In this document: piece by piece, positions 23,538 through 35,300 of the stretch
Layout: each line of letters starts with the position of its first letter
Position numbering within the stretch: position 1 is the stretch's first letter
NCBI GenBank assembly: GCA_013265495.1
Contig: MU057809.1
Coordinates: 684,001 to 748,000 of the forward strand
From: Vicugna vicugna
Taxonomy: Eukaryota
Direction of reading: 5' to 3'
Length of the DNA: 64,000 nucleotides
Translations under genes and position numbers: made by a program
Notes under the pieces: model-generated
The model's input: the letters and a program-made list of their open reading frames with translations, nothing else
Databases searched by the model: none
What the model was told of the DNA's origin: nothing

Positions 23538-24099
23538 TCAAAAACCATAGAGCTGAGCAAAATAAGCCAGTCACAAAAGACCCCGAAGCCAGTGATTCCA
23601 CTGATTTAAAATATCCCAAGTGTCAAATCCATACAGAGAGAAAGTGGGTTAGTGTTGCCTAGAGTACGGGGTGGTGGTGGAGAATGGGGGGTGATTGCTA
23701 ACGGCTACTGGGGTTTCCTTTTGGGGTGAAAAATGTTCTAAATTCGTGGTGTTGGTCACACAACTCTGTGGATATACTAAAAATCACTGTACTGTCCACT
23801 TGAAATGGGTGAATTGTATGGTATACAAATCTGACCTCAATAAAGCTGTTAAAACAAAAGGTAGCCTTGAGTTCAAGTCATGGCTCGGCTCTCTGGGGAT
23901 TCCGCAGTCAAAAGTGTCGCCCGCGAAGCCCAGTCTGATGTGAACAAGGGGGCTGAAAGACCTGCCTTGCTGGGTCCCGTGGGGACCAGAGGAGATGACA
24001 GATACGGAACAATTTTTCATTGTAACTTCTGTGTGCAAATTTATTACAAAAGGAAACGTATGCACATTGTACGACATTCAAATGGCAGATGTGGGTACA

Positions 24100-24980
24100 C
24101 AGTGGAAGGTCTCCTTTCTGGGGCAATGGAGATGTGCATTATCTTGACTAGGGTGGTGGTTCCACAGATGTATACGTCTGTCAACTCACAGACCTGTACC
24201 CTTAAGAAGGGTGTATTTCACTGTCAATACATAATACGTGAAAACATATCTTTAAGTAAGTCCCTCCTCTCTGCCCTCTCTGTGTTCCCCAGCTCTCCAA
24301 TTTGCCTACAGGTTTGCACATAATAGCAAATAAAACGTCATCTCGCTGTACCCTTTTGGTGCACAGATGCAAGGAGAAAAAGTACTACATGCAGTGTTCT
24401 GCTCCTTGTTTTTTTCCCCTACAGACCATCCTTGGAGACGGACTCAGAGCAGTCTGCGCTCACCTGGCAGCACGCACGTCTGTGAGGACGCACCGCAGGC
24501 CTCCCGGCGCGCCGCCGCCGGCTGGCACTTAGGGCGCTCCCAATCTGCTGCTGTTACACAGAGTACTCCAGTGAATAACCTTGTATGCGGTGATATATCA
24601 TTTTTCACATTTGCGAGCAGTCTCTGGAGGACAGATTCCTAGAAGTAAATGCTGGGCCAAAGGGTACATGTATTTGGAATTTGGGCATTGTTTCAGAGGT
24701 TCCAAGACTGTCTGCTTCCGACACCATTGCAACGCGGTGGGTCATTAAGTTTTACTCTTTGCCTATCTGATGAACAAAAATACCACCTCTCAGAGTGGTT
24801 TTAATTTGCGTTTCTGTTGTGCAGGGTGAGACTGGCACTTTTTTGTAGATGTGTTTTTATTTCCTTTTCTGCTCTCTGCCTACCCCACCTCCTTGGGTAT
24901 TTTTTTATTGATTTGTAAGAGCTCTTTACATATGAGACATTGACACTTTGCATGGGGTATAAATTTTTATGATTTTGGGG
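24100..24980. mobile_element. Old L1ME-like fragments (sense ~24100-24250, antisense ~24270-24980)
   Basis: ttctggggcaatggagatgtgcattatcttgactagggtggtgg; gattcctagaagtaaatgctgggccaaagggtacatg. Confidence 0.6.
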
Positions 24981-25494
24981 TTTTTTGGTGTTTGTTGTTA
25001 CTATGAAGTTCTGGGCACAGGAAGAGACTGTCTCCATTTTTCTCCGGGTACCATCTCTCGGGCTCTTCTCCCCCACATTAATCCCAGCCACTTGTGTCCT
25101 TTCCTCTTTCCATGTGCACCCTCAGGTTACCTGCCTGGGTCAGTCACTGCCAACCAGGCCATCCTTAGAGGAGAGAGGAGCCAGCACGGGGTGCAGAGAC
25201 ACGTGAGAGTCCTCATTTATTTGGAAACTGCGCTGGGCAACCGCTTCCGTGCTGGTCCAGTGGGAAGAGCAGGGATTCAGACGTGAGTCAGACTGTCCTG
25301 CTCCCCTGAGGTCGCAGTCTGGAAGAGCCAATGTGGACAGTACTTGGCTGGGGGTCCCAGGGTATCTGGGGCATAGGCAGCTGGGCGAGGGGGCAGCCCT
25401 GCAGCCCCAGGCCTGAGCAGCTCACCGCCCAGCTTGCCTCTCCGCAAACAGCTCTGGGGTGAGTCCTGATATGGTGGTGGTTTGTTATGATAAA

Positions 25495-25660
25495 AACAAG
25501 GATCTTGCAGCCCCAGTTCCTGTGGAGTGAGAGTCCTGGTCTCCCTGTGAGGTGGGAGATGTTAATAGGACTCATTTCTGGGGTGGCTGTGAGGATGAAT
25601 TGAATTGATGCAAGCAGCAAGCACATGCTTTGACACATGGAGGTAACTGTTAAAATTCCA
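25495..25660 (+). mobile_element. MIR
   Basis: ctccctgtgaggtgggagatgttaatagg...gctgtgaggatgaattgaattgatgca. Confidence 0.6.
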
Positions 25661-27869
25661 TATGGGTATGCACGTGTGCGTGTGAGAGAGACGGCTAGGT
25701 GTGGGCTTGGAGTGCATTTGATTTGAGGTGTTTGGAACAGGATGCCCTTACAACTAACTGGCTATACCAGCTAATTGGTGTAGCCAGGCTTCAGTGAGGG
25801 TGGGAGGAATATTCCGTGTTCCTGCCCAGATAACTCAGTGTGGGGGGATGGGCAGGTGGGGTGAGATTAGGGCTGTGTGTAGACATACAGTGTGTGGGTG
25901 TAATGTGTGTGTCTACAACAGGCTGCGTGGGGGTTTGCAGGAGGAGATGGGAGCCTGGGGGGGAGGGGAGAGCAAGATCTTGCCTCGCAGCAGACACACC
26001 AGGGAGAGAGAGCTTTGGCTTTATTTAGCCCAGAGAAGACCAGCCTTCCTCCGCCTCCTCCCTCCAGGTCTGCCCTGGGGTCTCCCATTCCCAGCTTGAG
26101 GGGTGTCCAGCCTTTCTGGCAGCCAGGCTGTGCCCTCACAGAACAAACAAGGACATATTTCAACAGCTCAAGGAGCTGGAGCCGGAAAGGCCTCGATATG
26201 CGGCAGGAGAGCCCCTCTCAGGGAACCAGGCCAGGGACTTGCAAGGCCGTGGCCAGTTGGGGAGAGAGAAGGTGGGAACAGGGGTGGCGTGCCGGCCTAG
26301 CCTGCAGAGAGGCAGGGCACCTCCATTAGGGATGTAGGCAAGAGAGACCCTCAAGGCCAGCCGCTGCCCCCACCTCCTGTTCCCAGGAAGTCTGAGTGCC
26401 CCTGCTCATGGACCCAAGGACGGAACAGCCCGAAGACAGGGCCCCCGTTCTTGACCATCATCCTCCGGGTGCAAGAGTCCAGGCGAAAGGTGGTGGCACA
26501 TCCTCTACCCTGGCCCCCTCTGGGGTCTCGGCTCTCCTGCAGGGACATCTGGCGGAGGCGCGGGGTGGCGTTGGGAGGAGCTGGAGGGCGGGCAGCTGGC
26601 GCCGCAGGCTGGACGGAGTTATGGGCTGCGGACAGGCCGCTAGACCGGACCCTGAACCACAGCCCCGTGCGCCCATCCTCCGTCGCCGCCGCATCAGCCT
26701 TTGGCCCACTGCTCGCTGCCTCCCGCCGGTCCTGGGGCCTCCTCCGGGAGAGGCGCCCCTCACCCTCCAGTCGCCCCCTCCCTTTTGCAGCGCGCGCTTG
26801 CCGGCGCACAGGTCGATCCTGCCGCCTCTCTCTCCCTTCGCAGGTCGGGGCACGACGCCGGGCAGGGGCGCAGCGCAGGGGGCGGCGTCCGGAGGGTCGC
26901 TTCCCGCGCCCGCGGGGGTCTTGGCTCCGCAGCTCCAGCTCGGCCGCTTGGGAAGCGGCGCCCACGCCGTGCCGGGCGGGGGCGCTCTTGAGCCTGGTTT
27001 GGAATTTTCACCCAACGCGCAAGCCGCAGGCTGGGCAGCAGCGGTGGGAAGTGGGAGCCGCCCCGGGAGGCGGTGTGGCCGCTGGGTGCGGGCTCGGGGC
27101 GACGAGGGGGCTGCGGATCTAGAACCCAGTCTAAAGGCCGACCGAGCGACTTCGAACACCCAGAGATTCGGAAGGCGAATGAAGGGGAAGGGGGATCGGT
27201 CGGAGGAAAATCCGCTAAATCGAACCTTCCGAGAATCAGAAGGAACCTGGCTGATCTCACCCGCCTCCTCCACTACCCCCAGCTGAAAGCCGGGGCGGGG
27301 GAGCAATGGATGTGTTAGTTGGGGGTCAACGATCCGGAGGAGAGCAAGTCCTTGAGGATGCGACCACCCTTTCGCCCCCACCCCCGCACGTGCCGGGCCC
27401 TCCCCATCCCGGAAACGCGCGCCCCTGCGGGCTTTGCAATTGCACTCGCGGACGCGCGCTCCCACACAGGGTCTGACTTCGGGTCAACTTTCACACGGTT
27501 CCTCGGGTGTGTGTGCACACGGCCATGCCCGCACGCGCGTGCACATCCCCGCCCCAGGTTCGCACCTCCCAATGCCACCAAGTGTCCCGACTCCTAGATC
27601 TTTGGGGGCTTCTGCTCGAGCAGTGGCCTGGGGCGGGGGCAGGGACGCGCAGGGCGAACCAGAAGGAGGGGGCTAGGATGCCTCTGGGCTCCCCAAGCCG
27701 CCCCCACAGCATGTTCCAACTTCCCCTCCCTCGTCACCCTCCGGACACCCCCAGTCCACCGACGTGCGGGAGCGACACTGCCGCCCGCCCCTCCGGCCGC
27801 CCCCGCCCGCCTCCCCCGCCCCTCCTCCAGCCCTCCCCGCTCTGGCTCCTACACGAAACCTTCGATCAC

Positions 27870-28298
27870 GCTCAGAAAGAATGTGCTACAACCTCGGCGC
27901 GGCCGCGGCCGCCGCCACCGCGCCCGCGCCGGAGCCGGAGCCGGAGCCCGAGCCGCCGCTCCCCCGCCTGCCCGGCCGGCCCTGGGCTCACTGCGCGCGG
28001 TCCCCGCCGCCGCCCCGCGTTCGCCCCGCGCTTGACGCAGTGAGCGCCGCAGCCCGGCTCCCAGCGGCTCCGCTCCGCTCCCCGTCGCAGGCCGAGCCCA
28101 GCCCGGCGGGCTCCGGGAGGGGCGGGCAGGGCGGGAGGGGGAGGAGATCTGTCTGGAGCCAGCGAGGCCGGAGGAGGAAGAGCAGGAGAAAGGAGGGGAA
28201 GCCGCCGCCGCCGCCGCCGCCGCTCTCCGGGGACCTGGGCGCGCGCGCTCCGCTCGCCCGTGACCGTGCTTCCAGCCCGGGCCCGCACTCCGGCCCAG
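27870..28298 (+). other. Probable non-coding first exon A (5' boundary uncertain)
   Basis: Lies in the CpG island and ends at the donor CAG|GTAGGA (28298/28299); contains (GCC)7 typical of 5' UTRs. Confidence 0.5.
28201..28221 (+). repeat. (GCC)7 trinucleotide repeat
   Basis: gccgccgccgccgccgccgcc. Confidence 0.95.
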
Positions 28299-31200
28299 GT
28301 AGGAAGGGGCTTGTGGGGGAGGGGGCTGCGCGGGGGCTGAGGGGCGGGGGTCTCCTCTACCGCAGCTGCGCGGCCAGCGGGTCCCCGCCCCTGGGGAGGT
28401 AGGGAAGATGCTCTCCCGGGCGGTGGGGGCGGGCGCGAGGTCCCAGCGGCTCTCACAGCCCGGGCGGCTCCAGTCCCGGGGCCGCTCCAGTCCCCGCGCC
28501 CTGCCCTGAGCGTCCACGCCAGGGCTGAGCCCCTCCGCCCGTAGGGCTTTGGCTGTGGCGCGTTGGGTTCGCGGTTCCTGGGCGCCTCCCCCCACCTCGG
28601 GTTCCGAGGCGGGCGCACCCGAAGTTAGCAGTCGCCGAGCTCCGGCCGGACAAACTTCCCTCCCCTACGCCGCGGCCCGAAGGCCCGGGACTCCGGACCC
28701 CTTGGGCTAGGCGGCGCCGCGGGGACCCCGAAACTTTCCTGAGCGCTGTGAGCACGAAGGGCGGAATAGGCAGGGAGAGTGGGAGGCGGTGGTCCTGCCT
28801 GTGAGTGAACAGTGGTAGCCTCGCGCCCCAAGCTGACGGGGAGACAGCCCCCCATCTGGTACCCTATCTTGTAGTCCAGCGTGGGCAGGGAGTGGACTAT
28901 GGGGGTCTAGCCTTCGTACAGCGGTGGTGGGGAGGTGGGGGGTGAGCACTGCTCTGCCCTGCTCTGCTGGAGCCCTTGGAGGGGGTGTTACAGCCCCCCC
29001 CCAATCTGGCCGCCTGGCTCTGCCCGCTGCTGCCAAGCTCGCTGGAAGGGCCGGGCTCCAGGCTATTAATAGGCGCCTGTGACCCGAACCTCTCTGCCCG
29101 GGAAGCTGGGCTTGGCTGTGGGGTGTGGCGCGACCCCAGGCCCGGAGCCAGCCCCCTCCCCAGCTCTCATGATCTTCATCCTGTCGCCCCTCCTTCCACG
29201 CCCCCTGCTCCTCGTCCACTCTTTCCTCTCAGGTCTCTGGGTGTCGCCCCCCAACTTTTTCTCTTCTCAAACTGTGCGGTGTGGCCTGTGGCTGCCGAGG
29301 CCAGCGGGATTCCAGCACAGTCCCCAGCCGAGTCCTCCTCCCTGGGTGGGAGTGGGGTCCCTGGGGCCAGACTGCCGGCTGTGAGCGGGAATTTCCTTCC
29401 AATCTCACACGGACGCGCAGCCCATTCACCCAACCCGCGCGCGAGTCGCCACCGGGTCTGAACGGCGGGGGTAGTGCGGTGGTCGCTTATGGGCCGCCTA
29501 CAGGTAATGGAGAGTAGAGGGGAGCACGAAGCTCCTGAGAGGATTTTGGGGTGTAGATACAGCCGCGCGTGCAGGGAGGAGGCAGTGCCCTGGTGGCTCC
29601 CTCTTCCAGCATCGCCTTCGTGCAACCCCCCAAGGCCCCGGAGGTTTCCGTTTGCTCCCACCACCTCATGCACCCCACACTCAGATCCGAGCTTGAGTGG
29701 ATTTGAGGATTTGGGGGACGGGGGCTACCGGGTACTTGTTCCCGTTTCCCGGTCTGCAGAACCCAGCCCCCAGGCAGCTCGGGGGTCTTTGTCCCAAGGG
29801 CTGGCCTCCGGCCCCGCCCCCTCCGTCAACTCCGGGACCCCGAGGGCCTCCAGAGCTCGGGCGCTGTGCTCCAGTGGTCCCAGAGCCTTGGTGAGCTGGG
29901 AGCCGCATCCTTTCCCTGGCTCTGGGTCTGGGGGTGGGGCAGGGGGCGTGGAGCGCAGTACTGGGTCCCTGACAGACGTCCTCGCGGCGGCGCCGGCATC
30001 TCTGGCAGAATTAATGACTTCCACGCAGGCCGCCAGGCGGCGCGGCCACGGGGGAGGGGCGACCCAGCCGAGCCTCAGGAGATGAGGTCGCAGCCCCACT
30101 GCGCAGCTTCCGCTTGGGGTTGGGGGCTCAGTGGCGAGGACCCCGAGCCTGGCCTTCGGTCCACTTCCCATCCCCTGTGCCCTCAACGCTGTCATTTGCT
30201 CTCTGCGCCCCATGCCTCTGGGATCCTCCCCACCCCACCCCGTGCCAGGACCCTTCCCACCTCTCCAGTTGGCCTGTGAGCCCCAGGGCAGAGACCTGAC
30301 TCTGGGCAGCGTTATACAGGCTGGGGGGTAGGGGGACGCGGGGAGCATGGCAGTGTGGGCCAAGGGCTCTCTGAGGCCTCCGGCCTTGGCTTGCTCGGGG
30401 AGAAATGGGCTCACAGCCCCTGTACCTGGGGAATAGTAGGAGCAGGCCCTCGCACCGTCCCTGGCACACCAGAGTGGCCCATCACAAGTCAACCCGATCC
30501 TTCCTGAGCCGGAGCTGCTTGGCCAGAGTGGGCCTGGGGGAACCAGCCAGAAAGAGGAGTGAGTCACCTCTGGCAGGGGCTTGCCTAGGAAAGGATGCAC
30601 AGGAGCCTTGGGCCCCTCACATGCATTCCCCGCTCAGGGCTGGTGAGGCCAGAGGCTGGAAGGTTGCCTTCTCAGACCTTCCAAGAGAGTCCAGGGTCGC
30701 CTCTGGGGGAGGACCAGTTTCTCCCCAGTCCCAGCCTCAGCTGAAGAGGCCTCTTTGCAGGGAGGAGGGGGCAACCTCTCACCACTTGCTCTGTTCCCTG
30801 GTCCCCAGGCCTGGCACATCTGAGGCTTGTAATATTTATCTGGTGATGACCGAGGGCCTGCCCTTGCCCTGCATGTGGCCGCTGGGACAAGGGTCCAGGT
30901 AGGGGCAGCCCAAGGAGAAAGGTTCAGATGCCCCACGTGGCCCAAATGCCTTCTGTCTGCCTCACCCTGCCCCCTGGAGCTGTGACAGTTTTCAGGACAT
31001 ACTGCCCCGCCAGCACTTGTCTGTGACCACGGGGGCACACTGGCTTTGGTCCTAGCACCCCCTTTATGTCTCTGCACCCACCCTCAAAGGAGCCCCACCT
31101 GACAGGCAGGAGGGAGCCACAAAGCCCTAAATTCCTAAATTCCCACCTGGCTGGGGAAGGGCGGCTTGGAGCCCACTCCCCACTTCCTGGCAGACCTTCG

Positions 31201-31379
31201 GTGCCCAGGTGGTGCTGGGGGAGGGGGACTTGCCAGTCCCTATGGGAGTCGCTTGTGCTGTGGGCGTTCATTCACATTCGCTCTCCCGTCCCCACACACT
31301 ATAGGATTTATCTTGATTTGCTGCCTTTGAATTGAGTCAACTCTTTTGTATGCTCGGTGAATTGCCCAGCTGCTGGCGG

Positions 31380-33100
31380 GGAGCGGAGAGCGTGCCGGGG
31401 GTACTGAGGCCGGGAATCAGAGGCGGGCGGGGGACAGGGAGCGGGGAGGGGGCGCGGGCGCCAGCGGGGATGGGCCAGGCTGCATGGGGACACGAGCGGG
31501 CCCTGAGACGCCGGCCAGGCCGCCCACCCGGGCTGGCCGAGGCACTGCTGGGGCCTGCCCGGCCCGAGCAGGAAGTCCGGAGGGGTCGGGAGGCTCGGTC
31601 CTGAGGTCGAGGTTGCCCTTGGGGCTCTGCTTCGGACGGGCTGTGTGGTGGGGGGCAAGCCTCTGGGCCTCTCTGGACAGTTTCGTCGCCTGTAACTTGC
31701 GCAAAGGGGGGCTTCCGCGCACGCAGGTTATGAGGGTCAAACTAAGCGGGAAGAGTGTGCGAGAGCCCCCTGGAGTCTTCCCAGAGGTTGGGGTGAGTGG
31801 GGGAAGGAAGGGGGCCGGGGCTAGGGAGAGGGTGCCAGCCCTGTCTGTCCTGCTCCCCGTACCCCCAGTCCTCTGCCGCCGGATCCCTGCCTTTTTTGAG
31901 GTGGGCCGAACTGACCGGCTGACCCGGGTCCTAAGAACGCCTGGGCTTTGCTGAAAGTGGAGGGGGTCTGGGGGGCTCTTCCAGGCCACAGCTGCTGCGC
32001 GCTCCCCCACCCGGAGTGCCGCCCCCGCCCCCACTGGGATGTGGGTGGAAGGGCAGGAGAGGGGCCAGAGGAAACCCTCCTGCGCTTTCTAGTGCCTCCC
32101 CCTCCCGCTGCCCTCCCCTTCCCCCTCCTCTGGGCTGCCGGAGGGAAGGAGAGAGGCGGCGAGGAGGCCAGGCGAGCGGAGGGGTTCTGGAGAGGGGGGT
32201 GAGGACGCGAGACTCCAAGCCGGACTCGAGCCGGGAGGAAGAAGGGGGTGGGAAGGAGCGCGCAGGGCGGGGGGAGCGCGCAGGGGAGGCGCGCGCGATC
32301 CAGCCCCCCTGCCCGCGAGGCGAGGGGCGGGGCGGCGCGCGGATCGATGGGCGAAGCTGGGGAGGAATTTCAATCCCCGGAGCGAAGTTAGAGCTTGAAG
32401 GACGGCGGCGGCGGCGGGCGCAGCCCCGGAACGGCGGCCGGGCGAGCAGGTAAGCGCGGAGCCGGCGGAGCCCGAGTCCAAGCGGGGCCGGGGCCGAGCC
32501 TGGGGGCGCGGGAGTCCAGCCGCTGCCCGGGCTGGCGCGGTGGGCTCCGCACCTCGCGCCCCCGCGCTCTCTCCCTGCGCCCCCGGCCCCTCGGGCGCCC
32601 CGTGCCCGCTGCGCCCTCCCAGCGCAGCGGGCAAAGTTGGAGGAACTTGGCGGCGGCGGCGGAGCGGGCGCTCGGCTCAGCCGGGCTGAGCGAGGTCCTG
32701 GGTCGGGGTCCCGCACCCTCCCCCCGGGTCGCCCCTGCCCCTCGCACAACGACTTCTCTCCGGGACCTGCCCTGTTCCCCAGCACCGCTCTCCCAGCGTC
32801 GGTTCCTTTGGCGGTCCGCATCCCACCCTCCGCCTGGGGCTGCTACTTCCTGCGGTCGACCCAGCGCGGCCCTTGTCCTTCCCCGAAATCTCTTCAGTCC
32901 AGGGTCCCTCACCCCGATCCGTGCCCGCCTCGTCTGCCCTCCCTCCCGACGTTGCGCGCCTCGCCATTTGGCACCGGGACCGTCCAGCCACACTCGGGGG
33001 AGGGGCCGCTTTCCGCGATCCGGAGCCGAAGCCCCGCGTGGGGGCGGGGCCTTCGCTCTGAACCTGGCCGATTTTCTCCACCCCTCCCCCACGTCGGACC
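31380..33100. promoter_or_regulatory. CpG island / promoter 2
   Basis: Dense CpG and GC boxes, peaking at 32150-33060. Confidence 0.9.
32200..32449 (+). other. Probable non-coding first exon B (5' boundary uncertain)
   Basis: Near-consensus donor CAG|GTAAGC at 32449/32450 inside the CpG island. Confidence 0.55.
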
Positions 33101-33279
33101 CGTTCTCCTCGTCATCCCTTGGGGGAGGGGTGCTGAGTCTCGCTGCCCCAACCTGCCTCTGAAGACAGGGGTCCCCCTTCCAGCCTGTAAAATCCGCAGG
33201 TCACCTGCTTGCTTCTCAGGGTGGGGCCCCCTGCAGGTGTTTCCCCCACCAACGCAGACCGACAGCCTCTGGCGTCAAA

Positions 33280-33400
33280 ACCAGACTCTTCCAGGTATCA
33301 GCTGTGTGACCTTGGGGCAGGTAACTTCTCAGAGCCTCAGTTTCCACATCTGTGAAGTGAGGGTACAATGATGTGTGCTTTACGGAAGGCACACCGCCGG
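33280..33400 (+). mobile_element. MIR
   Basis: gctgtgtgaccttggggcaggtaacttctcagagcctcagtttccacatctgtgaagtgaggg. Confidence 0.75.
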
Positions 33401-35221
33401 GCCCTGGGAGGCCGCCTCTTCAGGCTTGGTGGGGGGGAGTCAGGGCAGGTTTGCACCCTCTGGCAGAGCCTCAGGTGTGAGCATTTTCTCTTCCCACGTG
33501 TGCAGCGTGGAGCCCTCGCTTGGATGCAGCTGAATCTGCCTGTCATCACCTGTCCTGGGCCAGGGACTGTGCTGAAAGCATTCACCACATCTTAAGACCC
33601 TAGGTGCCCTGGGTAGGAGCTCGCGAAGCCTGCGGAGCAAGGGGAGATAGAAAGGCACCCTCCTCCACCCTGGTCTCCCTCAGGGGCCGGCTCTGATGAG
33701 GCCCCGGAAGAAAGGAGCAGAGGGGGCTTATGTTGCTTTGAAGCCGCAAATGCTCTCAACTTCCCGGCCCAGCCAGCCCTGGCCTCCTGCGCCCTCGCAC
33801 CTTTCACCTGATTGAGCGTTGAGCGTCGCGGAGACACACAGACTCCATCTCAGGTTTGTGTCCCACTTCATCAGAAGAGGAGACACACCCAGACATAGAG
33901 GGACCAATTCCAGATGGCCCGTGCGACAGAGGGGAGCGCCTACCTTCTCTCTGGTTTGTGGGGGTTGGGGCCAAGCCAGGACCCCAGCACTTTGGTACCT
34001 CACTTTCCTGGGCATGCAGTGAGGGGGAGCTGAACACCCCCTGGTGGGCAGAAGACTGTTGGGTCTGTGGGTCTGGAAGGTTGGGATTCAGGCCCTCTCC
34101 CCAGCAGCTGTGCGGCCTGGGGGTGGTGTGGGCTATGGTGGGTGGCTTGCTGCCTGCAAGTCCTTGGGGAAGATATGGCAAGCCAAGGGCCGGCAGTTCC
34201 CGGCCAGAAAAGCCGGGATAGGCACCTTATCCCAAGGCCTGGCAAACCTGTGGTGGGGAGGAGTTGGCAAGGGATGTGGTGAGCACCTTCCCCACCGTCC
34301 CCCATGGGACTCCCTCTGGGAATTCCGGGTGCCTTTGGAAGCTGGCACCCCACATCTGAGCTGGGGAGAGGCTGCTGCTCCCCAACTCCCTACCCACCCT
34401 CCCAAGAAACAGATGGCCAAGGCCCCCAGGAGAGCCTAGGGCCAGATCTTAGACCCAGCAGCCCCTTCTTAGGCCCTGGGAATTGGAATCTAAATGTCTC
34501 CTTGTCAGAATCGCCTGCTCTAAGAGAGGAAAATTAGTGGGGCCAAACTTGTCAGTGACTTGGATCGCAGGGGAGTGAGATGGGAGCGTCTGCTTGGGTC
34601 CCACATCTGTGTGCGTCTTGAAAACACACACGTGCCCTGGTTCTAGCTTTCAATGGGATTTTCCAGACACTCAGGAAACTCTTCTCCTCGGACCCCCTGG
34701 GTCAGAGCCCCTAGCCCCACCCTGCAGCACCCCTGCTTAGAGGCCCAGATGCCATTAGCAGAGGCGCGTGTTTCTGAGGCCAGTGTAGCAGCGGGAGGAA
34801 TTTACGAGCGGAGGTGCATGGGCTGGGGGTGTTCGTATGCCTCGGCAGGAAGCAAACAGGCAGACCCTGTAGAAGCGTGGGCGGGTGGGGTACGATACGT
34901 ACGGGGGAGGGTGCCGGATGGAAGATGCCACTGAGCGACAGGCAGGAGAGGAGATACATCTCCAGGGCCGGGTGACGCGGCCATAAATTTCCGGGCGTGA
35001 ACCTGGAGCAGATGGTGGCGTTGCCGCGGACATGGGATACATTTGTCATCTCTCCGGCGTCCCCCCCCCCATCGCCCTTCCCTTTTTGTCTCCTGTCAAA
35101 ATGGATCCCATTTCTTCCAATGGCAGCTCGGGCGGGCCTCTGTTGGGATGGCTGGTAGTGGGGCCCACGCAGGGGGCTGGAGCCCTGATGTCAAAGGGAC
35201 TTGGGCACATCCACCCGGGCA

Positions 35222-35300
35222 CCCACTATACAGATGGGGAGACTGAGGCCAGGGTGTGGGGGGACTGTCCAAGGATGCACAGTGAGTGGGGGCAGAGGGG
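35222..35300 (-). mobile_element. MIR fragment
   Basis: tacagatggggagactgaggccagggtg...gactgtccaaggatgcacagtgagt. Confidence 0.65.

Larger units (their letters stand above)
22005..23859 (+). mobile_element. L1MB-like fragment (ORF2 end plus 3' UTR) interrupted by three SINEs
   Basis: gccaaaacaatcttgaagaag, aatggatcaaagacctaaatataaaagctgaaactataaaactcctaga, and 3' terminus ctcaataaagctgttaaaa. Confidence 0.9.
26560..28780. promoter_or_regulatory. CpG island / promoter 1
   Basis: About 2.2 kb of very high GC with undepleted CpG, GC boxes and GCC repeats. Confidence 0.9.

Noticed and set aside
26351..28755. Long ORFs (200-335 aa) on both strands of CpG island 1
   Set aside because: They overlap in many frames, have Arg/Pro/Gly/Ala low-complexity composition and show no recognisable domain; this is expected from stop-codon scarcity in GC-rich DNA
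27870..32449. Assigning a gene symbol to the promoters
   Set aside because: No coding sequence is present and I do not recognise the UTR with certainty
31931..33371. Long ORFs over CpG island 2
   Set aside because: Same GC artefact; no recognisable protein
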